DNA of 56,847 nt, filler included, from Asterionella formosa (lineage: Eukaryota): the NCBI GenBank assembly GCA_002256025.1. It is 6 parts of 6 records of this genome, joined end to end, with 100 filler letters (N's around TTAATTAATTAA, not from the genome) between each part and the next. Parts side by side here need not be neighbours in the genome. Positions count along the whole stretch, not along the records: positions 19,003 to 28,394 come from NKIB01010711.1; positions 28,495 to 37,887 come from NKIB01010722.1; 4 more parts are not named here. One strand, 5' to 3'. Of this stretch, positions 23,844 to 35,466 are shown in pieces (the first letter of the stretch is position 1; every line of letters begins with the position of its first letter). The position numbers and the translations under genes are program-made. The notes beneath the pieces are model-generated. The model saw only the letters and a program-made list of their open reading frames with translations, was not told the DNA's origin and did no database searches.

Positions 23844-25436
23844 ATGACATCAACTATTGCGGCCATTGGCATTGGCGCCACAATAAGCGCTGCATTCACG
23901 CATTTGATTTACAGAGGATCTCATGGGTTCCGAAGCGCCACGGACTTTTCTCATGTCGGACACGACGTTCCCGCAGTGATCTACACGGACGCAGCAACGC
24001 AGGATCTCATCACCAACCTGCCTGGTCTCTCGTACGACCCTGGCTTCAAGCAGTTCTCTGGATACCTCACTGTCGATAAAGAGCACGGTCGTAATATCCA
24101 CTATTGGTATGTGGAATCTCAAGGCTCGCCTTCTGAGGATCCCGTCGTGTATTGGACGAATGGAGGACCTGGATGCTCGGGATTGCTCGGATTTGGCCTA
24201 GAGCACGGGCCCTACTTCTACTCGGAATCTGGAGAGCTATCCCCCAATGAATTCTCTTGGAACAAAGTCGCCAATATTCTGTACGTGGAGCAGCCTGCTG
24301 GCGTAGGCTTCTCCTATTCTGATACGCAGAGCGATTATACCACCGGCGACGATCAGGCCGCTATTGACAACTATGTTTTGATTCGAGAGTTTCTTACACG
24401 GTTTCCGGAACGACAAGGTAATGCGTTTTACGTTGCATCGGAAAGCTACGGTGGTCACTACATGCCTCAGCGTAAGTTTTGACATTTGTCGCTTGGCTTT
24501 GATACACTGGAGGACTTGAATTTCGTTCTAATCCATCGCATTATCAATGCTTTAGTGACACGAAAGATTTTGAATCTGAACGTAGACGGCTTCATCAACT
24601 TCAAGGGTATGCTGGTTGGGAATCCCTGGGTTGATCCTGGTTCCAATATGTTGACCCGTTTTTCTGCTTTATACTCCCATGGATTAGTTGCCAAACCTGT
24701 TTACGATACATTTTTGAAGGTGTGCACAGGCGCTGATGCCTACGACCCAAGCTATGAGTGCGAACAAGTCATGGAGATGATCTATACCACCATGAGCACA
24801 GGCATAAACCCATATGCATTGGATTATCCCATGTGCACCCCGGGTTACTTGGATGACAGTGAATTGCTTCGAAGGGTGCATTCTCCTTCGTCGCAGGTTT
24901 GGCATATGTTTAAGAAATCAAATTCAGGTCCGCCGTTTTTGCCCCCACAAGATGACTACAAACCGTGCGCTGAAAACTACTTCACGGCCTACATGAACCG
25001 CCACGATGTTCAAGCAGCTTTGCATGTGAAATCTGGTGTCAACTGGGGCCCATGCACGGATGATGTCAAGTACTCCAACGATGATTACCTCTCAACAGTT
25101 GTCAATTTGTACCGGGATCTCATCCATGATGGTGTCAAAGGCGTTCACAATCTCACAATGCTAATTATGTCTGGCGATGATGATGCAGTCTGTGCTTTGG
25201 AAGGAACACAGGATTGGATTTATGATTTAGGTGTGGAAGCAAAAATTGGAGGGCTTTGGAACCCTTGGTATGCTGCTAGTGAAGTTGCCGGATATGTCAC
25301 GAAATTTGACCTTGGTAGCCGAACAAAAGCGACATTCACATTGGTGACTGTTCATGGATCTGGCCATGAGGTTCCAGCCTATCGACCTATGGAGGGGCTT
25401 GAATTGTTCAAGATATTTCTGGGAGGGGAATGGTGA
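23844..25436 (+). CDS. Serine carboxypeptidase (peptidase S10), 2 exons (23844-24471, 24556-25436)
   Basis: WTNGGPGCS, EQPAGVGFSYS, ESYGGHY (catalytic Ser), GDDDAVC (Asp), GSGHEVP (His). 84-nt GTAAGT..CTAAT..TTTAG intron. Confidence 0.95.
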
Positions 25437-26548
25437 GGCAAGCCAGTGTGCAAATTTAAGTAGACGATAGAGTCATAGAGAATGAGAATAAGTTAAGATA
25501 TCATTTAAATTCTCATATTTTGGTTACCAATTGGCAGACATTTCATTCATTGAACACAAAAAGACAACAATACCCAGCCAACTGTACAAAAACATTTCAT
25601 CTTTGGACTGGGTTGTTAATAGTTTAGTAGGAGTAGACTACTAGGTCTGGGCTACTTATGATACCAGGTATAGTCTACAATTATCCCTAACCCAATTTGA
25701 AAGGCCGATGCAGTTCATGTACTGGTACTGAACCCCAGTTTCCTATTATCCGGTAGCGGTAAAAAATGACTTTATACCATGGACAATTCACAGTATCATA
25801 CTCAGTACAGCTATGATTACTGTATAAGCTCCAAAGTTGCAGCACCAGGTTCTATGTTGCCACTATCATATGGTACTCAGCCTTGGCATTGGACATTAAA
25901 ATGCATGCTAGGAAAGTGTTTCTAAAAGAACCATGATGTGTTCGTTTACCTTAATTTGTAAGCTATTATAACAGAGTGAGCTAAATCTAATCTGAATGTA
26001 TTTTGATGTAAGACAGACAAATTCATCCAAAATACAGAGGAAAGCAATTAATGCACACATAACCTGATTTGGAATCAGGAATCTCTAGGTCTTTTCAATT
26101 TCGGGAAATTGTAGACTACGGCGCCGGTAGTAGGGATGATCATGCCCATACTTGTAGACCCGGATACCGGGTACCAGCGTACCACCAGCTAGTACCGGAT
26201 ACCGTACGATATTATTTTAGCCATCATATCGTAAATTTTTTTTACTATAGGAGTGCACGGTGCACAAACCACAGACGTCACGTGTTTTTCGTTGTTGACC
26301 TTTGAACCGATCTCATATTCGTAAGCAAACAAAGCGCGGATGAGGATCAGCTGACACATAGATCGCGATTTCGTATACAAATTGAGTGGATTCATACGAG
26401 ACTGTGATACTTGGCGCTATATCTCTCTCGTTGGTGGTCTTGATTTCACATCATATATTAATCTTCCTTTTCATATCTGTGCAGTTAGTTGGAAAAGGGA
26501 CGTTCATGTCATTCATCGAATCTTGATCCTCCGACTGTTGAATCCAAG

Positions 26549-27220
26549 ATGCGACTCGTGCACGGTATCACCGCTGTATGTCTTGCGTTCGCACCTCTTC
26601 TCGCGTCAGCGTTTGCACCCTCACAGCTGGCACCGTGGGCAGCTCGGCCCTTTGCAAAGCAGAGCGATACCTCATGTCTGGCGACTTCAAAAACATCATT
26701 GGATACAGATACAACATGGCGCTTCCGTTTTGTTCTAAACGGAATTCCAACTGAAAAAGGAAAGAGGGTCGACGAATTATTTGTTGTGGAAGCTCAGTTT
26801 GTTGAAGAGGATGGATATGAACCTCCGCAGGGTAACTTGAAGATTGTTCCAAGGGGTGATGCGGGAGATCGAATACTTAAGATTTCCAAGAGTCGATGGC
26901 AATTGTCGGAAGATCCCGAGGATCGTAAAGATGGCCTTTGGGTATGGGGCCTCTTTAAGGAACCATTGTACCCATTTATGTTGTTGCAACTCGAAACGGA
27001 AGCGGTTCCACTTGCTGGAGAAGATGGTGATACGATCAAGCCCCTGAAGCTTTTTGCTCAGATCAATCACAAACGTGAGAAAGACGTTGGAGTTATCTTG
27101 AGTGGAGGCGAGCTGAAGGTCCGAGTGGTTGAGACTTTGAAGGCAGATCCATTTGGTGCTGCTACAGTTGATGTTTACTCTGAAGATAAAGTTGGCCAAA
27201 TCCGCATTGAAGCAATGTAA
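26549..27220 (+). CDS. Plastid-targeted hypothetical protein
   Basis: Signal peptide ending in an exact ASA-FAP motif followed by a Ser/Thr-rich transit peptide. Conserved-looking WQLSEDPEDRKDGLWVWGLFKEPLYPF. Confidence 0.85.
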   Translation: MRLVHGITAVCLAFAPLLASAFAPSQLAPWAARPFAKQSDTSCLATSKTSLDTDTTWRFRFVLNGIPTEKGKRVDELFVVEAQFVEEDGYEPPQGNLKIVPRGDAGDRILKISKSRWQLSEDPEDRKDGLWVWGLFKEPLYPFMLLQLETEAVPLAGEDGDTIKPLKLFAQINHKREKDVGVILSGGELKVRVVETLKADPFGAATVDVYSEDKVGQIRIEAM

Positions 27221-27388
27221 CTGCAATGTGCTTATATTATTTGCTATGAAGGCAAGGGATCAGTTCGAGTGTTGAAACCATGCTAAAAATTCATGACTGC
27301 TCGCTGTGACACAAGCAATCAATAGAAAGCTAATCAATAAGAAGATGTATACCCATTCCTATTCATGTAGCAAGATGCGCGGCTCCTC

Positions 27389-27897
27389 TTACATGAGGTC
27401 ATCATCATTGTCATCGTCGTCACTATCAAAAGCATATCGTTTGCGTTGAATATTGATCTTGCTATTAGCAGCTTTGCCTTGTCGAGCACCGATATTTTCC
27501 AACATTTCAATCAGTTTTCCTTCATTCACTTGTCCCGGTAACTTTCCTTGCATCGCCATGGCCACAATCAAATTTTCCACTGCTGTTGTTTTCTCCGGTT
27601 TGACTAGCTGTGTAGGACATCCAACGGAAAATAAATCAGAGTTAGATGCTAGAAACGAACCGAAATCTATCCTTGCTTTGAAACGGAACGACGTTTGTAT
27701 GGACCTACCTTGATTCTACGAAGTCTAGCCAATGCATCTGTTGTAAGAGCTTGTTCTAAAACAGCTTGCTTTTGCTGCTCTTTTTGTTGCCCCTCCGATG
27801 ATTTTTGTTGATTATTACCGCCAGCGGCAGCGTTTGGGTCAGCCACGGAATATCCGTCAGGAAGTTCGTCTGGGTTGACCGGTGCAAGATTGTCCAT
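27389..27897 (-). CDS. PDCD5: Programmed cell death protein 5 homolog, 2 exons (27897-27709, 27607-27389)
   Basis: LEQALTTDALARLRRIK|LVKPEK..VENLIVAMAMQGKL...INIQRKR..DSDDD. Phase-0 101-nt GT-AG intron. Confidence 0.92.
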
Positions 27898-28394
27898 GCC
27901 TTCTAGGTGACGAGCGAAGCGCAGAGTACTGCTACTCGTTGAGGCACCAGCAATGGCGCGTTATAATGCAACTGTAAAGGGTATCAGCATCAGCAGCCCT
28001 GATGTTGTGGTAAGCATAAATATCCCATACCTGATACCTGGTACCCGGTACCTGGTACCAGTACCTGGAATATGCATAGAGCTACCGGTACAGTATACTG
28101 CAATAATTTTGCTGGATTGCTTATGGGCCGGTGGTGTTGAAACTTTTCTACTACTGGTACCCGGTACATAAACTAATTTGCATTTTTGGCTACGACAATG
28201 CATCGCGCTTACCGGTATATCATTACCCGGTACATGGACTTTTCATACATGGCTGTTGTAGCCTTTTGGCGTGGCTCCTATGTAACCCCGGCATGCAGTA
28301 GAAACAATTCGAAAAACATCATTTACCGGCAGCAAGTGCAAAAAACGTTCACCCACTGTTGCACTTCCTGTCGACACACCAACCGACAGGAAGC

Positions 28395-28494
28395 NNNNNN
28401 NNNNNNNNNNNNNNNNNNNNNNNNNNNNNNNNNNNNNNTTAATTAATTAANNNNNNNNNNNNNNNNNNNNNNNNNNNNNNNNNNNNNNNNNNNN
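28395..28494. other. Artificial scaffold-joining spacer
   Basis: N44-TTAATTAATTAA-N44. Confidence 0.97.
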
Positions 28495-28708
28495 ATCGAA
28501 GGGCAGCACATCGGCGAATGATAAGTACCTGGTACCCTTGATTTCAGCTCATTAGACTACCGGGGAGAGTTCAGCAATACTGGGTTGTTCCGGTCGTTGC
28601 TCATTTGTGGGCCTAATGCATCGTCTAACATAGCGGTATCATGTCAGTCTATAGCATTCTAGAGGTATCAGGTACCAGGTACCTGGTCCCGGGTACCGGT
28701 ACCTGGTA

Positions 28709-28808
28709 CCTGTAAGCTGGGGTAATTGTGCTGAAACGAAAAGTTTAGCTATCTTTATCCTATACATATTAAAATGTTTATTTAAGCCAAATGACCGCAA
28801 ATTGCTGG
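28709..28808. mobile_element. ~100-bp MITE, copy 1 (TA-flanked, CC...GG ends)
   Basis: TA|CCTGTAAGCTGGGGTAAT...ATGACCGCAAATTGCTGG|TA. Collinear with 35363-35464. Confidence 0.7.
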
Positions 28809-30088
28809 TACCTGGTACCCCTGGTCCCAGTCAAAAACTGCTTAAGACCACTAAATTACCCCGTTTTGGGACTAAAATTAAAATGTTCAGCTAACAAAAT
28901 ATTACCTGGTTTTCCATATTTTCTCTTTTTCCTTTGGTCACCTGATGTAGCAAGATTTTGAGAACGAATAATCACTCCTCCATCACCACAGCTTCATCCT
29001 CCTCATCATCCTTGTCAGCTCAGGCCATAATCATTGCTGGTGCTGGTGGCGGTTTGCTTTCGAGGCCAAAGTCAGAAGCGAGGTTAGGAAAAATAAGTGG
29101 CAAAGACGGCAAGGCTTCTTGGCGTTGATATGTTGGAAAGATTGCTTGCCTTTGTCGAGCGGGGCCTTTGCCTTTCACAACTTTGTGCATGCGAGCCATG
29201 TTGCACTCTCAGCCAACAAGCTACTAAAGCGAATCATCGCAAAAGCGGTGGATGGAGGCTTTCCATGGCGATAATTAGGCTGCTATCACTTCAGTGGTTG
29301 ACGCGATCAAAGCAATGATTGTTGTCGAACACATGATCCCAACATCCGATGTGGCCCACACAACGCAAAATTGGAATGAATTTTGCAAGTGTAACGAGAT
29401 TTTGTATATTGTAATGTTGGAGGCTTGTCTGATGGATCTGGACGGTCCAAGACTGATCCATCTGTCAGTTGATATGAGTTGGAAATTGCCTTTGTTGACT
29501 TTTAAATCATCCCACTAGCGAAAAAATTGGAGGAGGAAAGCGGAGTTGTTGGACTATTGTCTGGTAAATATCTTAATTATGTGAGGCAGAATCGAATGGA
29601 ATGGGAACACAAGGGAAGGGAATTAGAGAAGGAAATGATTGCAAAGTTGAAACATCATTGGTGATTGTTCAGTTTAGTGCTGCAGCTAATTGCGTTGGCC
29701 GCATCACAAGTACCCTTGCCGTGCAACTAAAATATATATAAATTATTCATAGAATTCTTTACATCAACTATGGCATATTCACTACAAGCCTTCTTCTAAA
29801 TCGTTGATGAGCTGAGGGTAAAAGCTGTTTTAGCGCGAGGGGGCAGCTTTGATAGGTATTGAAACACTCTTAAGGTTGCTGCATTTGAACCCCTAGCTCG
29901 AGGTAGGGTTAGAAAATAATATTCAGTCAGACTAATCAAACACGTACTTTTCACATACAATTTAAACATGTATAACGCTCGACGGAGCTTTCACCAATAC
30001 ACACCCTTTCCATATGCTTAAATACAGTCTTCGGACAAAGTAGGGGTGTAGGTTCACTCTATATATCGTCAGTATATAGGATCTGGTC

Positions 30089-30203
30089 AGAAACTGCAGA
30101 AAGGAACTTCGGTTTTTTAACTAGGCTAAAAAGACTCGAAATTTCGGGGGAAATCTGTTTATTTGGCATAGTAAAAAAACCGAAGTTCCTTTCTGCAGTT
30201 TCT
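30089..30203. repeat. Subterminal hairpin with 30-bp perfect arms
   Basis: AGAAACTGCAGAAAGGAACTTCGGTTTTTT (30089-30118) and its reverse complement (30174-30203). Confidence 0.92.
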
Positions 30204-30225
30204 CGCCAGAAGTTATATACTGATG

Positions 30226-31790
30226 CTATTTGGAAGTTACATATGTATCTAAATCGTCTTCAGACCCAGCCAACGTTGAGCTATCGTCGTCCAAAAACTC
30301 GACAAAATCGGCCTTTTCTACGGTCGCCAAAATATCGGAATCAGAATTACTATAAACCAAAACGTCATCATCGGAATAGTAGTCGTGTGCCGGAATTTTT
30401 AGTACTAAAATCTCCTGTCCAACAAATTCCATTGTAAGTGCCCGCTTCCACATATACAATATGATTGGTCAACATGAATTACTTACGTCCATTTGATTTG
30501 CCTGATCTGGAGGGCGTTGCAAACTTACGCCGGCCACACTGGATGCACATGTAATACCAGTACCGGTACTATGATTCGCTTTGCCTTGAAAGAATGGACA
30601 GAGCTTGCTGATTTTTCTCTGATGATCATTCCGGCCGCAATGTTTGCATTGCGCATTTGCATTCTTTGTTGTTGCCTCCTGATCTTGGTCTTCTAATAAA
30701 GCCACCCCAGAGCTGTAAGTCTTTCCAGTTTTATTGTCGTACCTTTCTTGTTTGACAGCTTCAAATCGTGCAGCATGAATTTTTTCGTTTCGTTTCCTTT
30801 TCCGATTGAATTGCGCCTTGTAGGCTGCACCATTGTTCCGTTGCTTTTCCTTCTGTTTCCAGAAGGATTCTTGTAGTTGCGACATTTTCATTCCACATCG
30901 TTTGTATACATCTTTATTGTATTTTGTGACTCCTTGTGTTTGTTGTCCGGCAACTGATGCCACTCTGTATTTTAGGCCACCAGATCCTGCGAACACTTTG
31001 TTGGTTGCCACTTCCGCCTCACCAACTTTCTCTTCTACCGCAGTGAAATTACCTTGGGTGGACCAAAATCCAACTGCAAGAGGTAAGTTCATTGCAGAAC
31101 AAACAATGTCGGCGTCACCAGGTCCCAATCCAGCTTCGTGACAACCAAGAATAAACTGCTGGTTGATTGCAAACTGTTTTGCTTCTTTTTTCTTTATCTC
31201 ACCATGGTCTTCATCTTCGTTGTTGCAGCTTCTTGCAGATTCGAGTTTAGCAACCTGTTTTTGGCAGGTCAAACATGTTATTTTGACGGCACTTGCCAAC
31301 CCGTAGGTCTCCGATGACACAACAATCAACGGTTGCATTACTGATTTTTCTAACAAGGCTTGTTCCAAGAAAGAATTACATTTTTCTTCCATTGTAATGT
31401 GGTAGGCACTATTGTTTTGTAGGTAAGTTACAAAGGCACGAACAGTTTGTTTACTATATTTGTCAACAAATGTACTAACACATGTTCTGCAAAACACATT
31501 TTCCTGCAGCAATGTCGACAATGAAGGATAATCGATGATTTGCTGAGAATGTTATCATCTTCTAAGAAATTTTCCACCAACTCTTCGACTTCATCCCATC
31601 GGCACTGACATTCAGGGCATCCAAAATCACAGCATTCGCAGAAGATGCGACTCTCACATCCCTCCACATCTGACTCTACAATCAACCGGTCTTGACATGT
31701 TGGACAGGTATCATGACTGTAGTTGAATGGATCATCCCCCTTGTTGTGATGATGCTGATGTGTAATTTCGCTCATGGTTGATTGTTGCAT
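30226..31790 (-). pseudogene. Kolobok transposase remnant (one frameshift near 31520, DDE core missing, intron 30415-30486)
   Basis: CRTC..GLASAVKITCLTC..FAINQQFILGCHEAGLG..CSAMNLP joined directly to KVFAGSGGLKYRV..; basic tail, YSSG, CKHCG..H..C; acidic last exon. Confidence 0.75.
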
Positions 31791-33051
31791 TTTTTTTCTT
31801 GCCAGTATAGTCATCAACGATATTTGCCATGCTGCCAGCTTGATTCTCTGACACACATATGTTGATCGTTTTATATGTATATATACATTCAGTGATGGAG
31901 AATGTTTACATATATATTTAGCGAATTCGAAAAGGAATCTATGTATGTACGCGCAAATTTCCACTGATTTAATTATTTCAAATGGAATCACGTCATTCAA
32001 GAATAGCTAATTAAATTCTTAATTCCAGGGAATTTTCGCAACCCTAAGCAATATTTTAATTTTTGCCTAGGGGTTCAAATGCAGCAACCTTAAGTAACTT
32101 TTACTCATCCAAATCATGAAGGCAATTACCATTCTATTTTACTCTAGGATTCCGCTCTGTATCTCGAGCATACTGTCAACTTCGAAGCTATGAGCTTCCA
32201 CGCGTTGCAGCAAGTCCCTCTTCTGTGAATGTTGGACAGCAATTGATTGACCAGCATAGCTGTGATGGTCGTCTCCAGAGCATTTCAGGTTGCATACTAT
32301 TGTAATAGCCAGTACAAAATCACTTCATTGCTATGGTGCAAACTAGTGTGCGTGCTATTTAAACTGGGATTGCGCACAGAATCGCGCCATAATAATAATA
32401 ATCGAACCAAAGAAAAGCGTTAAAGCAAGCTATAATATTTGGATTATAATATTTTTGATCGTATTATATATAATCATAAAATGTCGGCCCAGCTCAATGA
32501 GGTCATTTATTTTCTCCCGATGTGCCTCACTCAACGTTTTGTGACTCGATTATCTCCTCAACTGGAACACAACATCGATCAGGCATTAGGACATAATATT
32601 TGTACATGCATAAAAAAGAATTCTTCATAGTAAATTTTGTTGTATCTCTAAAATTGAAAAAGTTTGTAGTACAAAATGTAAGATTACCCCGTTATAGTGG
32701 TCTTAAGCAGTTTTGACTGTTAACAGATACTACCAGGTAATCCAGGAAGGTCTGGTAGCGCACGTTTTATGTAATCTACCGGTATTTCAGTTGCAATTCA
32801 CTCCCAATGATTCGTCCCATGCCTGCCGGACAAGATAGGCCAGCTTTCGATGAAAATGATATTCCTTACTAAGAAATTTAGGAAAGCGTTACCCGGTACT
32901 CTTATAGACCGATGACGATTTGCAGCATCAAACTCTGAACACGACTCGGGGGATTTGCTGCCTGATCGACCGGTTCAGTAAACCGTATTCTAGCTTTGGA
33001 GAACAAATAGGAATCATTCTACACCTAGAACTTGCTGACTACGAATAGAAC

Positions 33052-33363
33052 TTGCGGGCGAATAAGCTTTGCCAACAAGCTCAAGAGTTGGAAACAGCAC
33101 AGCTCGGACGCGAACCCAATGCAATAGGACGCTATTCTATCTGCAGCTCCGCCGCAATGGCGATGATCCTCTCCAGTGTTCCAAACTTCATGGTACTAAT
33201 GCTCATTGGATGGAGGAAGTTGAATGCATTCCTCACGTATGTGCGCAAACAAGTCGCCGAATTCACCAAGTTGGTGAGTCAAAAGATCATAACCAGACCA
33301 CTTTTTTCCATCCACCGGGGAATTCCGAGGGAAACCACACCCACGTGTTCACTTCTAACTTGA
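33052..33363 (+). pseudogene. Tyrosine recombinase C-terminal fragment (DIRS/Ngaro-like YR element relic)
   Basis: IGRYSICSSAAMAMILSSVPNFMVLMLIGWRKLNAFLTYVRKQV is a decayed match to the box II pattern IGTHSIRSGAAMAM..IMLIGRWxSDAFLxYIRKQV. Confidence 0.7.
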
Positions 33364-33543
33364 CAATGGCAGGACAGGAACAAGGACACGCTATGGCTCA
33401 CAGCCCACAATGGAACAAGCCGTAAGATGACAATGGCTGGCGAAGCAAAGCGTAAACTCAACTGCAGCTAAGGGGACCCAGAGGGGGGAAAGGAATCATA
33501 CTACATAGCACCAACTCGAAAATCCTAACTACGCCTCTAAATT

Positions 33544-34536
33544 TCAGTTGGAACAGAAAAACTCAAATCATTAAATTATCAAGGAGGAGTGAGAGAAATG
33601 TTTGCAGGAAAAGGAAATCGAACAAGTTGGTAATTGAGTCGAAGTAGTAGCTATAAGGCAAACAGGGGGATGTGCATGAAGCGCGCATTGCTTGAAACCA
33701 GGGGAATGACAAACAGCTAGGAGCAAATTTGACCTTGCTTGTAACAATAAAGGTATACTTACCGATAGTCATCATTCATCGTCAATGTGTCAACAACAAC
33801 AAGAAATCGATGACGACCATTACTTATAGTAAACTGGTCAAATAGAATCGAATAGTAGCTATGAATAGTAAACAATCTGAATTGTAACTACTGCATTTGT
33901 TCAGATATAGCAGATACAGTAAATCGGAAAACCACGAGCAAGTTGGCTGCATGACAAAGACAATATCTCGATGCCATGTTGTCGCATTCAAACGCGTCTT
34001 ATTTGTACTATGCGCTGTTATACAATGCTCCATTGTCTACAAGGGATCAGGCCCAAAAGAAAAATTGATTTATAATTCACTATTTATCTGTTAAGAACAG
34101 TAGGATTGTCATGTCATATACCTTTTTTCCACCACCAGTCACCATACTCCGAGAACATTTTCACTGAGCCCACAATCGCGGCAAAATTTCACTAATTCCC
34201 ACATAGGAATAATCATACTGTTTTATTTTAAAAAGTAATATAATTAAAAAAATGTATTTAGTATTACATTTTTGTCTTCCTACGTTACAGTTGATGGGTG
34301 GCTGACAACGTTTAGGTTTTCCCCAAAACCGTTAGCATTGCTTTTTCTTCTGTCTGACCAAAGCCAAACCAAAATTTTGGTTCTGGGTTTTGGTTTTGTT
34401 GGGTTTTGTCCACGGTTAGCAACGGCCTAAAGATCAGTTGGAACAAAAAATTCGAATCAACAAACTATCGAGAAGGAGGAGAGAGAGAAATATTTGCAGG
34501 AAAAGGCAGTCGAACAATTTGGCAATTGAGTCGAAG
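33544..34536 (+). repeat. Diverged ~100-bp direct repeat pair (33544-33644, 34434-34536)
   Basis: TCAGTTGGAACArAAAA...GAGAGAAATrTTTGCAGGAAAAGG..TCGAACAA.TTGGyAATTGAGTCGAAG in both copies. Confidence 0.8.
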
Positions 34537-34848
34537 CAGCTTCGAATGATATTAATTTATCTACCAGTATCGGTATATACAGTACTACATACCGGAAGTC
34601 AAAAATACTTAGCAGCATCATTTTACCGGGTATGTTGTAAATCTAGGATGTACTAGGAGTGGATAATGTCGGACACATGATCTAGAAGTGTGGGGCCAGC
34701 AGGTAGTAGACCCTACCAGCCAGCAGTGCCTGGGTAGCTGGTGTGTATATATTATAGTAGTAAAACGTTGGCAGGAGTTGAAGAAGAACTAAGTACATAG
34801 GTAATCTTCATATAGCACACATTTTAATCTTCATATAGCCCCACAAGT

Positions 34849-35193
34849 TAACTTTCGGCGAGAAACTGCAGAAAGGAACTTCGGTTTTTTGCTAGGCCAA
34901 ATAAACGATTTGGCTTGGTAAAATCCACTATTTTCAACATAGTTAAAAAACCGAAGTTCCTTTCTGCAGTTTCTGGCCAGATCCTATGTACTGACATTAT
35001 GTAGAGTAGACCTAGCTATACCCCTACTTCGTTCAATGACTGTATCTAAGCATATGGAAAGGGTGTCCAATGTTGAAAGCTCCAAGTAGCAATATACATA
35101 ATTATTTTACACCTCAAAAGTACGTGTTTGATTAGTCTGAATCAATATAATTGTTTAATCCTACCTCTAACCTAGGGTTGAAATGCAGTAACC
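34849..35193 (+). mobile_element. 3'-terminal fragment of a related Kolobok, inverted relative to 29874-30215
   Basis: Reverse-complement homology including the hairpin (34861-34974) and TIR CTAGGGTTGAAATGCAGTAACC|TTAA. Confidence 0.85.
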
Positions 35194-35362
35194 TTAAGAA
35201 AAATGACCGCAACTTGCAGGTACCGGATTAAGTTGTATGCTCTGCAGCAGTCACGTGGTCTACCTGGTACTTGTATGACATACCGGTATACTACATATGA
35301 TAAATAGACTAGCTATTCATTATCTTTTGTATGAAATGACGACACGATTATCTGTGGCCATA

Positions 35363-35464
35363 CCTGAAAATTGCGGTTATTGTGCTGAAACTGAAAGTTT
35401 ACCGATTTATTCCCATATTAAATTGTTTATTTAGTAAGCAAAATGCATGACCGCAACTTGCCGG
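35363..35464. mobile_element. ~100-bp MITE, copy 2
   Basis: TA|CCTGAAAATTGCGGTTAT...ATGACCGCAACTTGCCGG|TA, with imperfect 18-bp TIRs. Confidence 0.75.
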
Positions 35465-35466
35465 TA

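Larger units (their letters stand above)
29874..32089 (-). mobile_element. Kolobok-superfamily DNA transposon, internally deleted
   Basis: Perfect 23-bp TIR GGTTGCTGCATTTGAACCCCTAG, TTAA on both flanks and GG...CC termini. Encodes a Kolobok/Mutator-like transposase remnant. Confidence 0.85.
28827..32720. mobile_element. Decayed TIR DNA transposon (CCAGTCAAAAACTGC family, TA-targeting, Tc1/pogo-like) containing a nested Kolobok
   Basis: Left end CCAGTCAAAAACTGCTTAAGACCACTA, right end TAGTGGTCTTAAGCAGTTTTGACTG(T)|TA. A matching right end is also at 43672-43697. Confidence 0.75.

Noticed and set aside
28364..28393. 10-bp stem hairpin CTTCCTGTCG/CGACAGGAAG as a terminator
   Set aside because: Eukaryotic context, located at a scaffold edge, and no U-tract visible.
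29870..32093. piggyBac assignment based on the TTAA duplication
   Set aside because: Termini are GG...CC rather than CC...GG, and the protein remnant is Kolobok/Mutator-like.
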